Below, piece after piece: positions 9,794 to 21,358 of a stretch of DNA of 64,000 bases. Location: positions 192,001-256,000 of the forward strand of contig CBDATQ010000001.1 of the NCBI GenBank assembly GCA_965199955.1, in the 5' to 3' direction. Position 1 is the stretch's first letter; every line of letters begins with the position of its first letter. This DNA comes from Spirochaetia bacterium. GTDB lineage: Bacteria; Spirochaetota; Spirochaetia; SZUA-6; Bin103. The notes beneath the pieces were generated by a model that was not told where the DNA came from, made no database searches, and saw only the letters and a list, made by a program, of their open reading frames with translations. A program made the position numbers and the translations under genes.

Positions 9794-11028
9794 GCGAATA
9801 CCTCCATGGTGCGGTCGATCGCGCACGTGAGCGCCCCGATCTCCGCGCCCGTATTGTAGAACGCAAACGACGCGCGCGCCGTGGCGGGCACGCCGAATCG
9901 TTCCATGACCGGCTGTGCGCAGTGGTGTCCGGTGCGGATGGCGACCCCTTCGTCGTCCGCGATCGTGCCCAGGTCGTGCGGGTGGATGTCGCCGACCACG
10001 AACGACAGCACCGGCGCCTTGTCGGCCGCGGTGCCGATCACGCGGACGGCATCGATCGCCTGCAGCGCTTCGGTCGCGGCGCGCAGCAGGCGGCGCTCGC
10101 GCTCTTCGATCCAGTCGAAGCCCAGACCCTGCACGTAGTCGATCGCGGCGCCAAGGCCTATGACGCCGGCGATGTTCGGCGTCCCCGCTTCCAGCCGGTT
10201 GGGCAGTTCAGCGTAGGTGCTCCCCTCGAACGCGACGGACCGGATCATGTCGCCGCCGCCGGTCACCGGCGGCATCTCCTCCAGGAGCTCGCGCCGGCCG
10301 TAGAGCACACCGACGCCCGTCGGCCCGTACAGCTTGTGGCCGGAGAACGCCAGGAAGTCGCAGTCGAGGGCCTGAACGTCGATCGGCGTGTGGGCGACCG
10401 CCTGTGCGGCATCGACCAGCACCACGGCGCCGCGCTCGTGGGCCGCCGCGGCGAGGCCGGCCACCGGGACGACCGTTCCGAGGGCGTTGGATGCCAGCGT
10501 GACGGCGACCAGCCGCGTGCGCGGCGACAGCACCCGCTCCACCGCATCAAGGTCCAGGCTGCCGTCGTCCAGGATCGGCAGCACGCGCAGTGCACAGCCG
10601 CGCCGCTGGCAGGCCATCTGCCACGGCACGATGTTGGAGTGATGCTCCATCTCGGTGACGACGATCTCGTCCCCGTCACGGAGATTGGCGTCACCCCAGC
10701 TCTGCGCGACCAGGTTGATGGCTGCGGTCGTGCCGGCGGTAAAGACGATCTCCTCCCGCGCGCACGCGCCGATCAGGTCGCGGACGCGTTCGCGCGTGGA
10801 CTCGTAGCGCGCGGTAGCCCTCTGGCTCAGGTAGTGGACGCCGCGGTGGATGTTGGCTACTTCGTCCTGGTAGTGGTCGGCCACCGCCTGGATCACCGTC
10901 CGCGGCTTGAGCGTGGTGGCAGCGTTGTCCAGGTAGGCGAGCGGCCGGCCGTGCACGAGCCGTTCCAGCATCGGAAAGTCACCACGCACGGCAGTCAGAT
11001 CGACCGCTGCGCGGGGGGCGGGCATCAC
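9790..11028 (-). CDS. sufS: Cysteine desulfurase SufS
   Basis: YLDNAATT, EHHSNIVPW, FSGHKLYGPTG, RTGHHCAQP. Confidence 0.97.
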   Translation of the reverse strand: MMPAPRAAVDLTAVRGDFPMLERLVHGRPLAYLDNAATTLKPRTVIQAVADHYQDEVANIHRGVHYLSQRATARYESTRERVRDLIGACAREEIVFTAGTTAAINLVAQSWGDANLRDGDEIVVTEMEHHSNIVPWQMACQRRGCALRVLPILDDGSLDLDAVERVLSPRTRLVAVTLASNALGTVVPVAGLAAAAHERGAVVLVDAAQAVAHTPIDVQALDCDFLAFSGHKLYGPTGVGVLYGRRELLEEMPPVTGGGDMIRSVAFEGSTYAELPNRLEAGTPNIAGVIGLGAAIDYVQGLGFDWIEERERRLLRAATEALQAIDAVRVIGTAADKAPVLSFVVGDIHPHDLGTIADDEGVAIRTGHHCAQPVMERFGVPATARASFAFYNTGAEIGALTCAIDRTMEVFA

Positions 11029-12238
11029 GCGGCTTCCAGGCTGGCGAGGCCGCGGTCAAGCTGCGCCTGCAGGGCAGCCTCCACCTCGGAGATCTCGATC
11101 CTGCGGTTCACTTCATCCAGGAAGCCGCGTACCAGCATGGCGGTCGCCATGCCGCGAGGGATGCCGCGGCTCTGCAGGTAATGGAGCTGCTCGGGAGCCA
11201 GCGGTCCCGAGGTAGCCCCGTGCGTACAGCGTACCTGATCGGCGCCGATGCGAAGCTGCGGGCGCGCGTCCGCGCGCGACTCGGGATGCAGCAGGAGCGT
11301 GTTGCTCAGTTGGAAGGCATCGGTCCCCTGGGCGACGCGATCCACCTCGATCGTGCCCTGGAAGGCCGAGCGCGCGCCGTCGAGCAGCACGGTCTTGAAG
11401 AGCTGGTCGCTGGAGCACTCGGGCGCGCGGTGCTGGACGCAGGTGTGGACCTCCCCGTGCGCCGGGCCCGACAGGACGGCGGCTCCGCCCAGGCGGGCAC
11501 GCGCACCGCCGTCGAGCAGCGCGACGGTCGCTTCGATCCGGTCGATGGCCATCCCGCCACCGATCAGCGCAAGGTCGAGCTCCGCATCGGCGCCCACGGC
11601 GGCGCGCAGCGAGCCGAAGCCGAATGCCTTCGGGTCGTCGTCCGCCATCCGGTAGTAGCGCAGCGCGGCGCCCGGCGCCACCACAAGATCGGTGCTCGGT
11701 ACGTGCAGCGTGGCCGCCGGACGGTCCGGCGGCTCCCAGCGCTCCACCACCGTGGCGCGTGCCCCGGCCGCCAGCTCCACGCGGACGGCGTCGGCGTACA
11801 GCGTCCCGCCGTCGGGTCGAGGGCGACGGCGGTGGACGATCTCTACATAACGCGACTCGCCGGTATCGACGGTGACGTGGAACCCGGAGCCGGCGAACGC
11901 CTGATTGAGTGCCGTGAAGGCGTGCTGGGGATAGTCGCTCACCGCGCTCGCCGGCGGCTGTTGCGCTGCCGCCAGCGGCCGCCAGCCGCCGGCGAGCGCT
12001 GCATCCCCGCCGTCCCCGTCGGGCTCGTTCGCGGCCTGAAACCGCTCGCCGAGCAGCGGCCGCACGTTCGTGTACGTCCACGCCTCGTCGCGAGCCAGCG
12101 GCAGCCCTCCGGACGCCAGCCGCTCGCGGCCCGTCCGGCGCAGGGCGCTCAGCCAGGGAGGGCCGCCGTGCTCGGCATCGAAGTGGCAGGCGCGCTCGAT
12201 CAGCTCGGCGATCCAGGAGCGCGCCTGCTCGGCGACTG

Positions 12239-12242
<4 letters not shown>
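11025..12242 (-). CDS. sufD: Fe-S assembly protein SufD
   Basis: EAWTYT, SDQLFKTVL, PQLRIGADQVRCTHGAT, YLQSRGI. Confidence 0.92.
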
Positions 12243-13017
<775 letters not shown>

Positions 13018-13018
<1 letters not shown>

Positions 13019-14514
13019 CAGCCCACGCTCCCTTCGAGTTTCATTTCCAGCAACTTGACCGCCTCCACCGAGAACTCCAAGGGCAGTTTGCGGAACACCT
13101 CCTTGCAGAAGCCGTTGATCAGCAGGGAGATGGCGCCCTCGGTGTCGATGCCGCGGGTCGCCAGGTAGAAGAGCTGGTCGGCGCCGATCTTGGAGGTGGA
13201 CGCTTCGTGCTCGACCGTAGCGCTCGGGTTGCGCACCTCGATCGACGGGAAGGTGTTGGCCACGCACTCGTCCCCGACGAGCATCGAGTCGCACTGCGTG
13301 AAGTTGCGGGCGCCGTCGGCGCCGGGCTGGACGCGCACCTGTCCCCGGTAGCTGTTCACCGACCGGTCGGCCGAGATGCCCTTGGAGACGATCGTGCTGC
13401 TGGTGCGCGGCCCGATGTGGATCATCTTGGTGCCGGTATCGGCCTGCATGCGGTTATTGGTGAGCGCGACCGAGTAGAATTCGCCCACCGAGTCGGCGCC
13501 TGACAGGATGACGCTCGGGTACTTCCAGGTGATGGCGGCGCCGGCCTCCACCTGCGTCCACGAAATCCTGGAGCGCCGGCCCAGGCAGCGGCCGCGCTTG
13601 GTGACGAAGTTGTAGATGCCGCCACGGCCCTCCTCGTCGCCGGCGTACCAGTTCTGGACGGTCGAGTAGTTCACGGTCGCCTCGTCCAGCGCGACGATCT
13701 CCACGACGGCGGCGTGGAGCTGGTTCCGGTCGCGCATCGGTGCCGTGCATCCCTCGACGTAGTTCACGGAGCTGCCTTCCTCGGCGATGAGCAGCGTGCG
13801 CTCGAACTGTCCGGTCTCCGCCGCGTTGATGCGGAAGTAGGTGGACAGGTCGATCGGGCACTGCACGCCGCGCGGGATATAGCAGAACGATCCGTCGGTG
13901 AAGACCGCGGAGTTCAGCGCCGCGAAGTAGTTGTCGGCCGTCGGCACCACGGAGCCCAGGTAGCGCTGGACCAGCTCCGGATAGTCCTGCACAGCCTCAC
14001 CCATGGAACAGAACACGATCCCCAGCTTCTCGAGCTGCTCCTGGTTGGTGGTGCCGACGGAGACCGAGTCGAATACGGCGTCGATCGCCACGCCCATCAG
14101 CCGCTTCTGCTCCAGCAGCGGGATGCCCAGCCGCTCGAAGGTGGCGATCACCTCCGGGTCGACGTCGTCCAGCGACTTCGGGTTGTCGCCGTTCTGATTG
14201 GCGCCGACCTTCTTGGGCGCGGAGTAGTAGCGGATGTCCTGGTAGTCGATCTGCGGGTAGTCGACAAAGCGCCACCACGGCTCCTCCATCGCCTGCCACC
14301 GCTCCAGGGCGCGCAGGCGGAAGTCGAGCATGAAGGCGGGCTCGTTCTTCTTTTCCGAGATCAGCCGCACCGTATCGGCGGAAAGTCCCTTGGGTACCTC
14401 GTCGGTCTCCACGTCGGTGTGGAAGCCGGCGCGATACTCCTCACTCTTCGAGTAAGGTTCGCTCCGCTCACCTGGTTGCAGGGTGCTCTGCTGATCGTGC
14501 GCTGCGATTTCCAT
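13018..14514 (-). CDS. sufB: Fe-S assembly protein SufB
   Basis: [54 protein letters not shown]. Confidence 0.98.
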
Positions 14515-15023
14515 CAGGTCTCCTGGATCAAGAGGCTCATCGCCTGCTGGCTGCGGATGAATCGCTCTCTGATCTCCCGTTCGTCGTGGACCTCTTCGCT
14601 CTCCAGCAACTCGTCGACGCTCACGTCGCGGTAGAGCCGCTCCACCCGCTTGGCCAGGTTGACCACGGCCGAGATGACCGTGCAGGAGCCGGTGAGCTGG
14701 CACTCGCAGCGTTCGTCCATGCAGTTCGCGAAGCGCATGGACCCGAGCAGCGCCTCGCTCAGGTCGTACAGCGAATAGCGGCGCAGATCGGCGCGGAGCC
14801 GGTAGCCGCCCTGGGCCCCCTGTGCGGAGGCCAGCACGCCACAGCGTGCGAGCCGCTGCAGCACCTTGGACAGCACGTCGAAGGGCATGGGATGGATCCC
14901 GCACAGCTCGCGCGCCGTCACCAGGCGGTCGGCGCCATCCGTGGCACCGACCATGCGCATGTGCTGCAGGGCGAGCAGCGCGTATTCCAGCTTGCGGTGA
15001 ATCTTCAGCAAATCGGACCTCAT
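14514..15023 (-). CDS. Rrf2 family transcriptional regulator (likely suf regulator)
   Basis: [30 protein letters not shown], Cys cluster [14 protein letters not shown]. Confidence 0.92.
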   Translation of the reverse strand: MRSDLLKIHRKLEYALLALQHMRMVGATDGADRLVTARELCGIHPMPFDVLSKVLQRLARCGVLASAQGAQGGYRLRADLRRYSLYDLSEALLGSMRFANCMDERCECQLTGSCTVISAVVNLAKRVERLYRDVSVDELLESEEVHDEREIRERFIRSQQAMSLLIQET

Positions 15024-15036
15024 TGGTCGTATTTGT

Positions 15037-15065
15037 ACAGTACGGCCGGACGGGTCACCGGTCAA
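15037..15065 (-). promoter_or_regulatory. Sigma70-type promoter of suf operon
   Basis: Minus strand TTGACC-17 nt-TACTGT, 13 nt before rrf2 ATG. Confidence 0.6.
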
Positions 15066-15099
15066 CCGGTGCCGGCTGTCACGGGACCGTTCGCAGAGA

Positions 15100-15130
15100 T
15101 TGACGGATCATCTTCAGATGAGGCTACATT
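15100..15130 (+). promoter_or_regulatory. TA promoter with palindromic operator
   Basis: TTGACG...TACATT (19-nt spacer) containing the inverted repeat TCATCT-TC-AGATGA (15108-15121). Confidence 0.45.
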
Positions 15131-15153
15131 AGAGCTACGTCGAAGGTTCAATC

Positions 15154-15411
15154 TTGGCCACCAACGCCGTAGTTCGAGCGAGGATCGACAGCGAAACCAA
15201 AGCGCGCGCCACCGAGGCGCTCAACGCCATGGGCCTTTCGGTCTCCGATGCCATTCGCCTGTTGCTGTTGCGGGTGGCCGATGAGAAGCGCCTGCCCTTC
15301 GCCGTGCAGGTACCGAACGCAGCTACCCTCGAAGCGATAGAGGAGTTGGACGAGGGCTCAGGCGAGCGGTTTGATACCGCCGAGGAGCTGTTCCGAGACC
15401 TCGGCATGTGA
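15154..15411 (+). CDS. dinJ: RelB/DinJ family antitoxin
   Basis: VVRARID..K..A..AL..MGLSVSDAIRL, LPF...PNAATLEAIEE. Confidence 0.93.
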   Translation: MATNAVVRARIDSETKARATEALNAMGLSVSDAIRLLLLRVADEKRLPFAVQVPNAATLEAIEELDEGSGERFDTAEELFRDLGM

Positions 15412-15412
15412 T

Positions 15413-15685
15413 GTGCTGAAGGCGGTCCGATCCTCGCAGTTCAAACGCGACGTCAAGAAGGCTGCGAAACGGGGAAAGGATCTCGGCACGCTGCGCGTGG
15501 TGTTGGCGACTCTGCTCCGTCAGGAGCGGTTGGCAGCCCGCTACCGCGATCATCCGCTGCGGGGCATCTGGCAGCGGTATCGGGAGGTCCACATCGAGCC
15601 GGATTGGCTCTTGATCTACCGGGTCGTGGGCGATGAATTGCGCCTGGTGCGCACCGGCTCCCATGCCGATCTCTTCAGAGAGTAG
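15413..15685 (+). CDS. yafQ: YafQ family mRNA interferase toxin
   Basis: QFKRDVKK..KRGKD, YRDHPLRG.W, HIEPDWLLIY, LVRTGSHADLF. Confidence 0.93.
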   Translation: MLKAVRSSQFKRDVKKAAKRGKDLGTLRVVLATLLRQERLAARYRDHPLRGIWQRYREVHIEPDWLLIYRVVGDELRLVRTGSHADLFRE

Positions 15686-15702
15686 TACCGCTCGGCTCGC
15701 TG

Positions 15703-16440
15703 TCAGCCGGCAAACGGGTTGGTGCCCCAGATCTCCATGTCGCGGATCAGCGTTCGTCCGGGCAGCGCGGCGAGGTGGACGATGGTGGCGCCGATGTCGG
15801 CCGCGTGCAGGTGCAGGCCGGGGCCGGCGGGCGGGCCGTCGTCCGGGCCCGAGTCGATGCTGCTGGGGTTGAGCACCACGATGCGAATGTTGTCGCGGCG
15901 CACCTCGTACAGCAGCGCCTGCGCGAACCCGCGCAGTCCGAACTTGCAGGCGGCGTAGGCGCTGGAGCCGGGATCGGCCTTCTTGCCGCTCATGGACCCG
16001 ATCATGAACACGTCGCCGCGCCGGCGCGCGATCATGGCCGGCAGGAACGCCTTGGTGGTCAGGAACACCCCGGTCAGGTTGGTCTGGATCGAGCGGTTCC
16101 ATTCCTCCAGCGTCATCGTTGCCACGCGGCCGCCGGCGAACGCGGCGGCGTTGTTGACCAGCAGGTCGGGATCGCCGATCGCCCGCCGCACCTCGGCAGG
16201 CAGGGCGGCGATCGCGTCCGGGGCGCTCTGATCGCAGCCGAAGCCGGCGCATTCCCCCCGTGGGTGGGAGGCCTGAAGATCTGCGGCAGCCCGTCGCGCA
16301 CGTTCGCCGTCGCGGCCGGTGATCGCCACGTGCGCACCGGCGGCCAGGAGCGCCGCGGCGATGTGGCTGCCCAGGCCGCGGGTGCCGCCGGTCACCAGCG
16401 CGATCCGGCCGTCGAGCGGAAGGGAGCGAGGATCGGGCAC
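15703..16440 (-). CDS. SDR family oxidoreductase
   Basis: TGGTRGLG, LVNNA, YAACK. Confidence 0.93.
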   Translation of the reverse strand: MPDPRSLPLDGRIALVTGGTRGLGSHIAAALLAAGAHVAITGRDGERARRAAADLQASHPRGECAGFGCDQSAPDAIAALPAEVRRAIGDPDLLVNNAAAFAGGRVATMTLEEWNRSIQTNLTGVFLTTKAFLPAMIARRRGDVFMIGSMSGKKADPGSSAYAACKFGLRGFAQALLYEVRRDNIRIVVLNPSSIDSGPDDGPPAGPGLHLHAADIGATIVHLAALPGRTLIRDMEIWGTNPFAG

Positions 16441-16441
16441 G

Positions 16442-17638
16442 TCAGGCTCCGGGTTGCGGCTCGGCCGGCGCGCCGGTGTCCGCGTCCGAGCTCACGGCCT
16501 GCTGCGCGAGCAGCCGCCCGCCCAGGGTCGAGGGAGAGATCACCTGGTCGACGCCCAACCGCCGTACTTTCTCGACGTTCTCCTCGTCCTCGATGCGGAC
16601 CAGGATCGCGAACCCCGAGCCGGGGTTCGCGTCACGCAGGTCCTTGGCGTTGACGGCCACCAGAGTGTTCGTCGAGTCGCTGTCGAAGGACGCGATCACC
16701 GCCTGCGCGGTGAGCACGTTCGCCTCCAGCAGTGTGTCGCGCAGCGTCGGGTCCTCCTCCAGCACGTCGTGGCCCTTGCCGCGCAGGCTCTGCGCGATCT
16801 TCTCACGGTCGTCGACGATTACGGCCACCACGTTGCGGTCGCGCAGCTCGTCCAGGACGCTGGCCGCGACGCCGCTGTAGCCGCACACCACCACGTGGTC
16901 GCTCAACCGTTGGAACCGTTTCACCAGGCTCATCACCCCCTTCATGCGCCCTTCGACGATCGGGCCCAGCGTCACCGACAGCGCGGTGACGAACAACGTC
17001 ACGCCGATCATGAACATCGATACCGAGAACCAGCGGGCATCGCTGCCCACCGGGTAGATCCCCTCGACATCGTAGTCGTACCCCAGGGTGGCGTACGCGA
17101 CCAGTGCGAAGTACGCGGCGTCCGACCAGCCGTTGATGCCGTGGAACTGGTCCCGCAGCAGGTACGCGCCGACGATTCCGTAGGCCAGCGCCAGCGCGAC
17201 CGCGAGGATGGCCACCACCTGTCCGTAGCTCAGGCGAATCGAGCCCCGCACGGAGAACGTCCGGCGGCGTGCCAGCAGCGTGGCGATTACCAGCAGCGCC
17301 GGTACCAGACCAAGGACGCTTTCGGCCTGGATCGCGTCGTGCAGGTAGATCGGCAAACTCACCACCGACATGCACAGGGCGACGGCCCATGCCCACCGCC
17401 GGCGTTCCATCAAGGCCTTGGCGAGCAGAAGCAGGAAGATGCCGTAGACGATCCTGACGAGTCCCGAGATCTCGTTGCCGCTATCGTTGATGGCCCTGAA
17501 CTGCTCGACCTCCAGCGCCATCATCCGCGCTACGCCCAAACCCAGTTGCAGGAGACCGAGCCACCCGATCGCGATCGCGATCCAGGTGGAGGCTCTTGGC
17601 AGCCGGAACAGGCGTCGGTGCCGCCGTGCGTTGCTCAC
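16442..17638 (-). CDS. Kch-like ion channel with TrkA-N (RCK) domain
   Basis: N-terminal TMs, DAAYF..YATLGY pore region, HVVVCGYSGVA, RRLGVDQVISP; start uncertain. Confidence 0.85.
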   Translation of the reverse strand: MSNARRHRRLFRLPRASTWIAIAIGWLGLLQLGLGVARMMALEVEQFRAINDSGNEISGLVRIVYGIFLLLLAKALMERRRWAWAVALCMSVVSLPIYLHDAIQAESVLGLVPALLVIATLLARRRTFSVRGSIRLSYGQVVAILAVALALAYGIVGAYLLRDQFHGINGWSDAAYFALVAYATLGYDYDVEGIYPVGSDARWFSVSMFMIGVTLFVTALSVTLGPIVEGRMKGVMSLVKRFQRLSDHVVVCGYSGVAASVLDELRDRNVVAVIVDDREKIAQSLRGKGHDVLEEDPTLRDTLLEANVLTAQAVIASFDSDSTNTLVAVNAKDLRDANPGSGFAILVRIEDEENVEKVRRLGVDQVISPSTLGGRLLAQQAVSSDADTGAPAEPQPGA

Positions 17639-17743
17639 GGCCGAGCGCCTTCGGTCGTGTCGGGACCATGCATCAGCAGCGCATAGTAGCGTCCCGGGAA
17701 CCTTCGGTCGGCCGATCCGGCAGACCTCCGTTGGTCGCCGTGC

Positions 17744-17772
17744 TTGTAGGTTACCCGACAAGCTCCTAGAAT
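17744..17772 (+). promoter_or_regulatory. Sigma70-type promoter of ABC exporter pair
   Basis: TTGTAG-17 nt-TAGAAT. Confidence 0.55.
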
Positions 17773-17792
17773 CGCGGGCGCTCGGAAGTCCC

Positions 17793-19532
17793 ATCAAAAG
17801 CCTCACGATCCTCCTTCCGGCGCTGCGGCGCCGCGCCGGCCGGCTGCTGCTCGGGTTCGCCTGCATGGTCGGGCAGAACTACGCCCTGCTGCGCGGCTCG
17901 GAGTTCCTCAGGCTGCTCCTGGACGAGATCGCCGACGGCGCCAACGAGCGCACGGTCGTGCTGGGGCTGATCGCCCAGGCGTTGGCCTTCGCGGTCGGCG
18001 TCGGCGTCTGCATGTACGGCATGCGCAGGCTCATCATCGGCGTCTCGCGCGACGTCGAGTACGAGTTGCGCGACGTGCTCTTCCGCAAGCTGTTGGCGCT
18101 CGACTTCGACTTCTACCAGCGGCGCCGCACCGGCGACATCATCTCACGCTGTACCAACGATCTGAACGACGTGCGCACGCTGCTGGGCCCCGGCATCATG
18201 TACCTGCCGGACGGGCTGTCGCGGCTGGCGCTGTTCGCGCCCGTGCTGGTCGGCCTGCACGCGCCGATGGCCGGCGCCCTGGGCGCGCTGGTGGTGGCGC
18301 TGGTCGCCGTGATCCTGGTGATCACGCCGCGGCTGCGCCCCCGGTTCCGCCGCGTGCAGGAGCTGGTGGCGGCGATCAACGACCGCGTGTGGCAGATCGT
18401 CACCGGCATCAACACGGTCAAGCTGTACGGGCTGGCAGCCGGCGAGACCGAGCGCTTCCGGGAGCTCAACCGGCGCTACATCTCGGCCAACGTGGGGCTG
18501 GCGCGCACGCGCGGAGTACTGTGGCCTCTGCTGCAGTTCATGTACGGGCTGGCCACGCTGCTTCTGCTCCTGCTGGGCGGCGGAGCGGTGATCCGCGGCA
18601 CACTCACCATCGGCGAGCTGCTGCAGTTCGCGGCGATCGTCGGCTGGCTGACCTTCCCGGTCCTGTCGCTGGGCTGGGTGAGCTCGCTCATCCAGCAGGG
18701 GATAAGCGCCATGGAGCGCATCCGCGCGATCCTGGACCACCCGGTCGCCGCCCGGCGGGCCCATCCCGTTCCGGTGCCGGCGGGACCGATGGCCGTGAGC
18801 GCCGACGGCGTGTCGTACCGTTTCCCGAACGCCGACCGCGATGCCCTGACCGGCGTGAACCTCGCCCTTCGAGCCGGCCGGACGCTGGGCATCACCGGCG
18901 GCGTCGGCTCAGGCAAGAGCTCGCTGGTGATGCTGCTCGCCGGCATCGCCGCGCCGTTGGCCGGCACGCTGACGTTCAACGGTGTCGACGCCAAGGCGAT
19001 CGATCCGTCCGCCTATCGAGGCCGCATCGCCTACGTCCCGCAGGAACCGTTCCTGTTCTCAGCCACCGTCGCCGAGAACATCGCCATGGGCAGCGAGCAG
19101 GAGGTTTCCCACGATCGCATCGTCGCGGCCGCCCGCCTGGCGGCGGTCGACCAGGACATCGCCCGCTTCCCTGACGGGTACGACACCCTGGTCGGCGAGC
19201 GCGGCATCACGCTGTCCGGCGGCCAGCGCCAACGGGTGGCGATCGCGCGGGCGCTGGTGCGCGACAGCGACCTTCTGATCATGGACGACGCGCTGTCGTC
19301 CGTGGACTCCGACACCGAGACGGCGATTCTCACCAACCTGCGCGGGCTGCGCTCGTCGCGCACGATCGTGATCGTCTCGCACCGGGTGTCGGCGCTTCAG
19401 CTCGCCGACCGCGTCGCGGTGATGGAGGGCGGCACCGTGGTGGAGACCGGCTCCCACAAGCGGCTGCTGCGCGCCCGCGGCCGCTACGCCCGGCTGGCGG
19501 AGCTGCAGCAGCTCGAGGCGGCGCTGCGGTGA
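17793..19532 (+). CDS. Heterodimeric ABC exporter subunit 1 (TMD+NBD); start uncertain (ATC 17793 or ATG 17865)
   Basis: SRDVEYELR, RTGDIISRCTND, GGVGSGKS, LSGGQRQR, MDDALSSVD (degenerate site). Confidence 0.9.
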   Translation: MKSLTILLPALRRRAGRLLLGFACMVGQNYALLRGSEFLRLLLDEIADGANERTVVLGLIAQALAFAVGVGVCMYGMRRLIIGVSRDVEYELRDVLFRKLLALDFDFYQRRRTGDIISRCTNDLNDVRTLLGPGIMYLPDGLSRLALFAPVLVGLHAPMAGALGALVVALVAVILVITPRLRPRFRRVQELVAAINDRVWQIVTGINTVKLYGLAAGETERFRELNRRYISANVGLARTRGVLWPLLQFMYGLATLLLLLLGGGAVIRGTLTIGELLQFAAIVGWLTFPVLSLGWVSSLIQQGISAMERIRAILDHPVAARRAHPVPVPAGPMAVSADGVSYRFPNADRDALTGVNLALRAGRTLGITGGVGSGKSSLVMLLAGIAAPLAGTLTFNGVDAKAIDPSAYRGRIAYVPQEPFLFSATVAENIAMGSEQEVSHDRIVAAARLAAVDQDIARFPDGYDTLVGERGITLSGGQRQRVAIARALVRDSDLLIMDDALSSVDSDTETAILTNLRGLRSSRTIVIVSHRVSALQLADRVAVMEGGTVVETGSHKRLLRARGRYARLAELQQLEAALR

Positions 19533-21358
19533 GCGCATCGGCGGACGGTCGCGGTACCCGGCCGCGGGGCGAGGGCGGTCTGGACTTCCGCCTCACCCGC
19601 CGGCTCGCCTCCTACGTGTTGGGCCACAAGACGCTGGTCGGCGCGTCGCTTGTCGCGATGCTGTCGACCGACCTGCTGCACGTGACGGTGCCGGCACTGG
19701 TCAAGCTCGGCATCGACCGCGACATCGCCGCCGGCGACCTGCGCGGCCTGCGCACGACCGCGCTGCTGCTGGCCGCGGCGATGGTCGGCCGGTTCGCGAC
19801 CCAGGTGGGATTCACGGTGATCGTCGAGATGCTCGGCCAGCGGCTGCTGTTCGACCTGCGCCTGGACCTGCTGCGCAAGGTGCTGCGCCTGGGCAACGAC
19901 TACTTCGACCGCACGCCGGTGGGAGCGACCCTCACCAACGTCACCAACGACGTGGAGGCGGTCCGCCAGTTCATTTCCGACGGCATCGTCAACATTCTCG
20001 GCGACTCGGTGAAGGTGCTGTTCATCCTGGGCGCGATGGTGTTGATCAACCCGGGCCTGGCGGCCGTCACCTTCGTCTCCCTGCCGCTGTTCGCGATCGC
20101 CACCGTCGCCTTCCGCAACGCCCTGCGCCACGGGTTCCGGGGCGTGCGCGCCGCCAATGCCGCGATCAACACGACGCTGTCCGAGACGGTTACCGGCATC
20201 CGCGAGATCACGGTGCTGAACCATCAGGCGCGCAGCCTGGCCCGCTTCGAGCGGCACAACCGCGACTACCTGAGCTCCTACCTGGCGGTGGTGCGCGCGT
20301 TCTCCCGTTACTTCCCCACCATCGAGGTGGTCGCCCACCTCGGGATGCTCACGGTGATGGCGGCCGCACACTTCACGATTGGCGTGTCCGTGCAGGTCGG
20401 CGATGTGTTCGCCTTCGCCAGCTACATCACCATGCTGTTCATGCCGCTGCGCCAGCTCGCGGAAAAGTTCAACACGTTCCAGTCGGCGATGGCGGCCTCG
20501 GAGCGCATCTTCACCATGCTCGACCGCACCGAGTCGATCGCGCCTCCGCATCGCCCGGTGCCCCTTCCGCCACGGGACGAGCGCTCGGGAGGTGTGGCGT
20601 TCCGGGGCGTCAGCTTTGCCTACGTGCCCGACGCGCCGGTGTTCACGGACTTGTCGTTCCGGGCGCGACCGGGCGAGCGGATCGCGCTGGTGGGCTCGAC
20701 GGGCTCCGGCAAGTCGACGGTCATCAACCTGATCAACCGTCTGTACGACGCCGACGGCGGCGCGGTGGAGGTGGACGGCGTCGACGTGCGTCTGGCAGAC
20801 AGGGACGAGCTTCGCCGGCGGATCGTCACCATCCCGCAGTCGCTGTTCCTGTTTTCCGGCACCGTGCACGACAACATCGCCCTCTTCGACCGGTCGGTGA
20901 GCCGCGCGCAGGTGGTGGAGGCTGCGCGCGCGGTCAACCTGGACGGCTTCATCCGGTCGCTGCCGCACGGTTACGACGAGGAGGTTCTGGAGGAGGGCAA
21001 GTCGCTGTCCACCGGGCAGAAGCAGCTCCTGTCCTTCGCACGTGCGTTCGTGCGCGACCCGGACGTGGTGATCATGGACGAGGCGACCTCCAGCATCGAC
21101 GCGGAGTCGGAGCGGCTGATCGAGGAGGCCACCGCCACACTTCTGGCCGGGCGGACGGCGATCGTGATCGCCCATCGGCTGTCGACCATCCGCTCGGTGG
21201 ACCGCATCCTGGTCCTGCATGATGGGGCGCTGGCGGAGGAGGGCGACCACGACACCTTGCTGGCCCGCGACGGGGTGTACGCCAAGCTCTACCGGGTGCA
21301 GATGCTGGCGCTCGCCGCCTCTGGTTCGCAGGGCAACGAGGCTGACGCAGCAGGTTGA
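19529..21358 (+). CDS. Heterodimeric ABC exporter subunit 2 (TMD+NBD)
   Basis: GSTGSGKST, LSTGQKQL, MDEATSSID, IAHRLST; GTGA overlap. Confidence 0.93.
   Translation: MSASADGRGTRPRGEGGLDFRLTRRLASYVLGHKTLVGASLVAMLSTDLLHVTVPALVKLGIDRDIAAGDLRGLRTTALLLAAAMVGRFATQVGFTVIVEMLGQRLLFDLRLDLLRKVLRLGNDYFDRTPVGATLTNVTNDVEAVRQFISDGIVNILGDSVKVLFILGAMVLINPGLAAVTFVSLPLFAIATVAFRNALRHGFRGVRAANAAINTTLSETVTGIREITVLNHQARSLARFERHNRDYLSSYLAVVRAFSRYFPTIEVVAHLGMLTVMAAAHFTIGVSVQVGDVFAFASYITMLFMPLRQLAEKFNTFQSAMAASERIFTMLDRTESIAPPHRPVPLPPRDERSGGVAFRGVSFAYVPDAPVFTDLSFRARPGERIALVGSTGSGKSTVINLINRLYDADGGAVEVDGVDVRLADRDELRRRIVTIPQSLFLFSGTVHDNIALFDRSVSRAQVVEAARAVNLDGFIRSLPHGYDEEVLEEGKSLSTGQKQLLSFARAFVRDPDVVIMDEATSSIDAESERLIEEATATLLAGRTAIVIAHRLSTIRSVDRILVLHDGALAEEGDHDTLLARDGVYAKLYRVQMLALAASGSQGNEADAAG

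Noticed and set aside
17639..17740. Possible riboswitch before the channel gene (GACCGAAGG twice, GGGAC/GTCCC stem)
   Set aside because: Short GC stems expected by chance; no recognisable consensus and only one instance.
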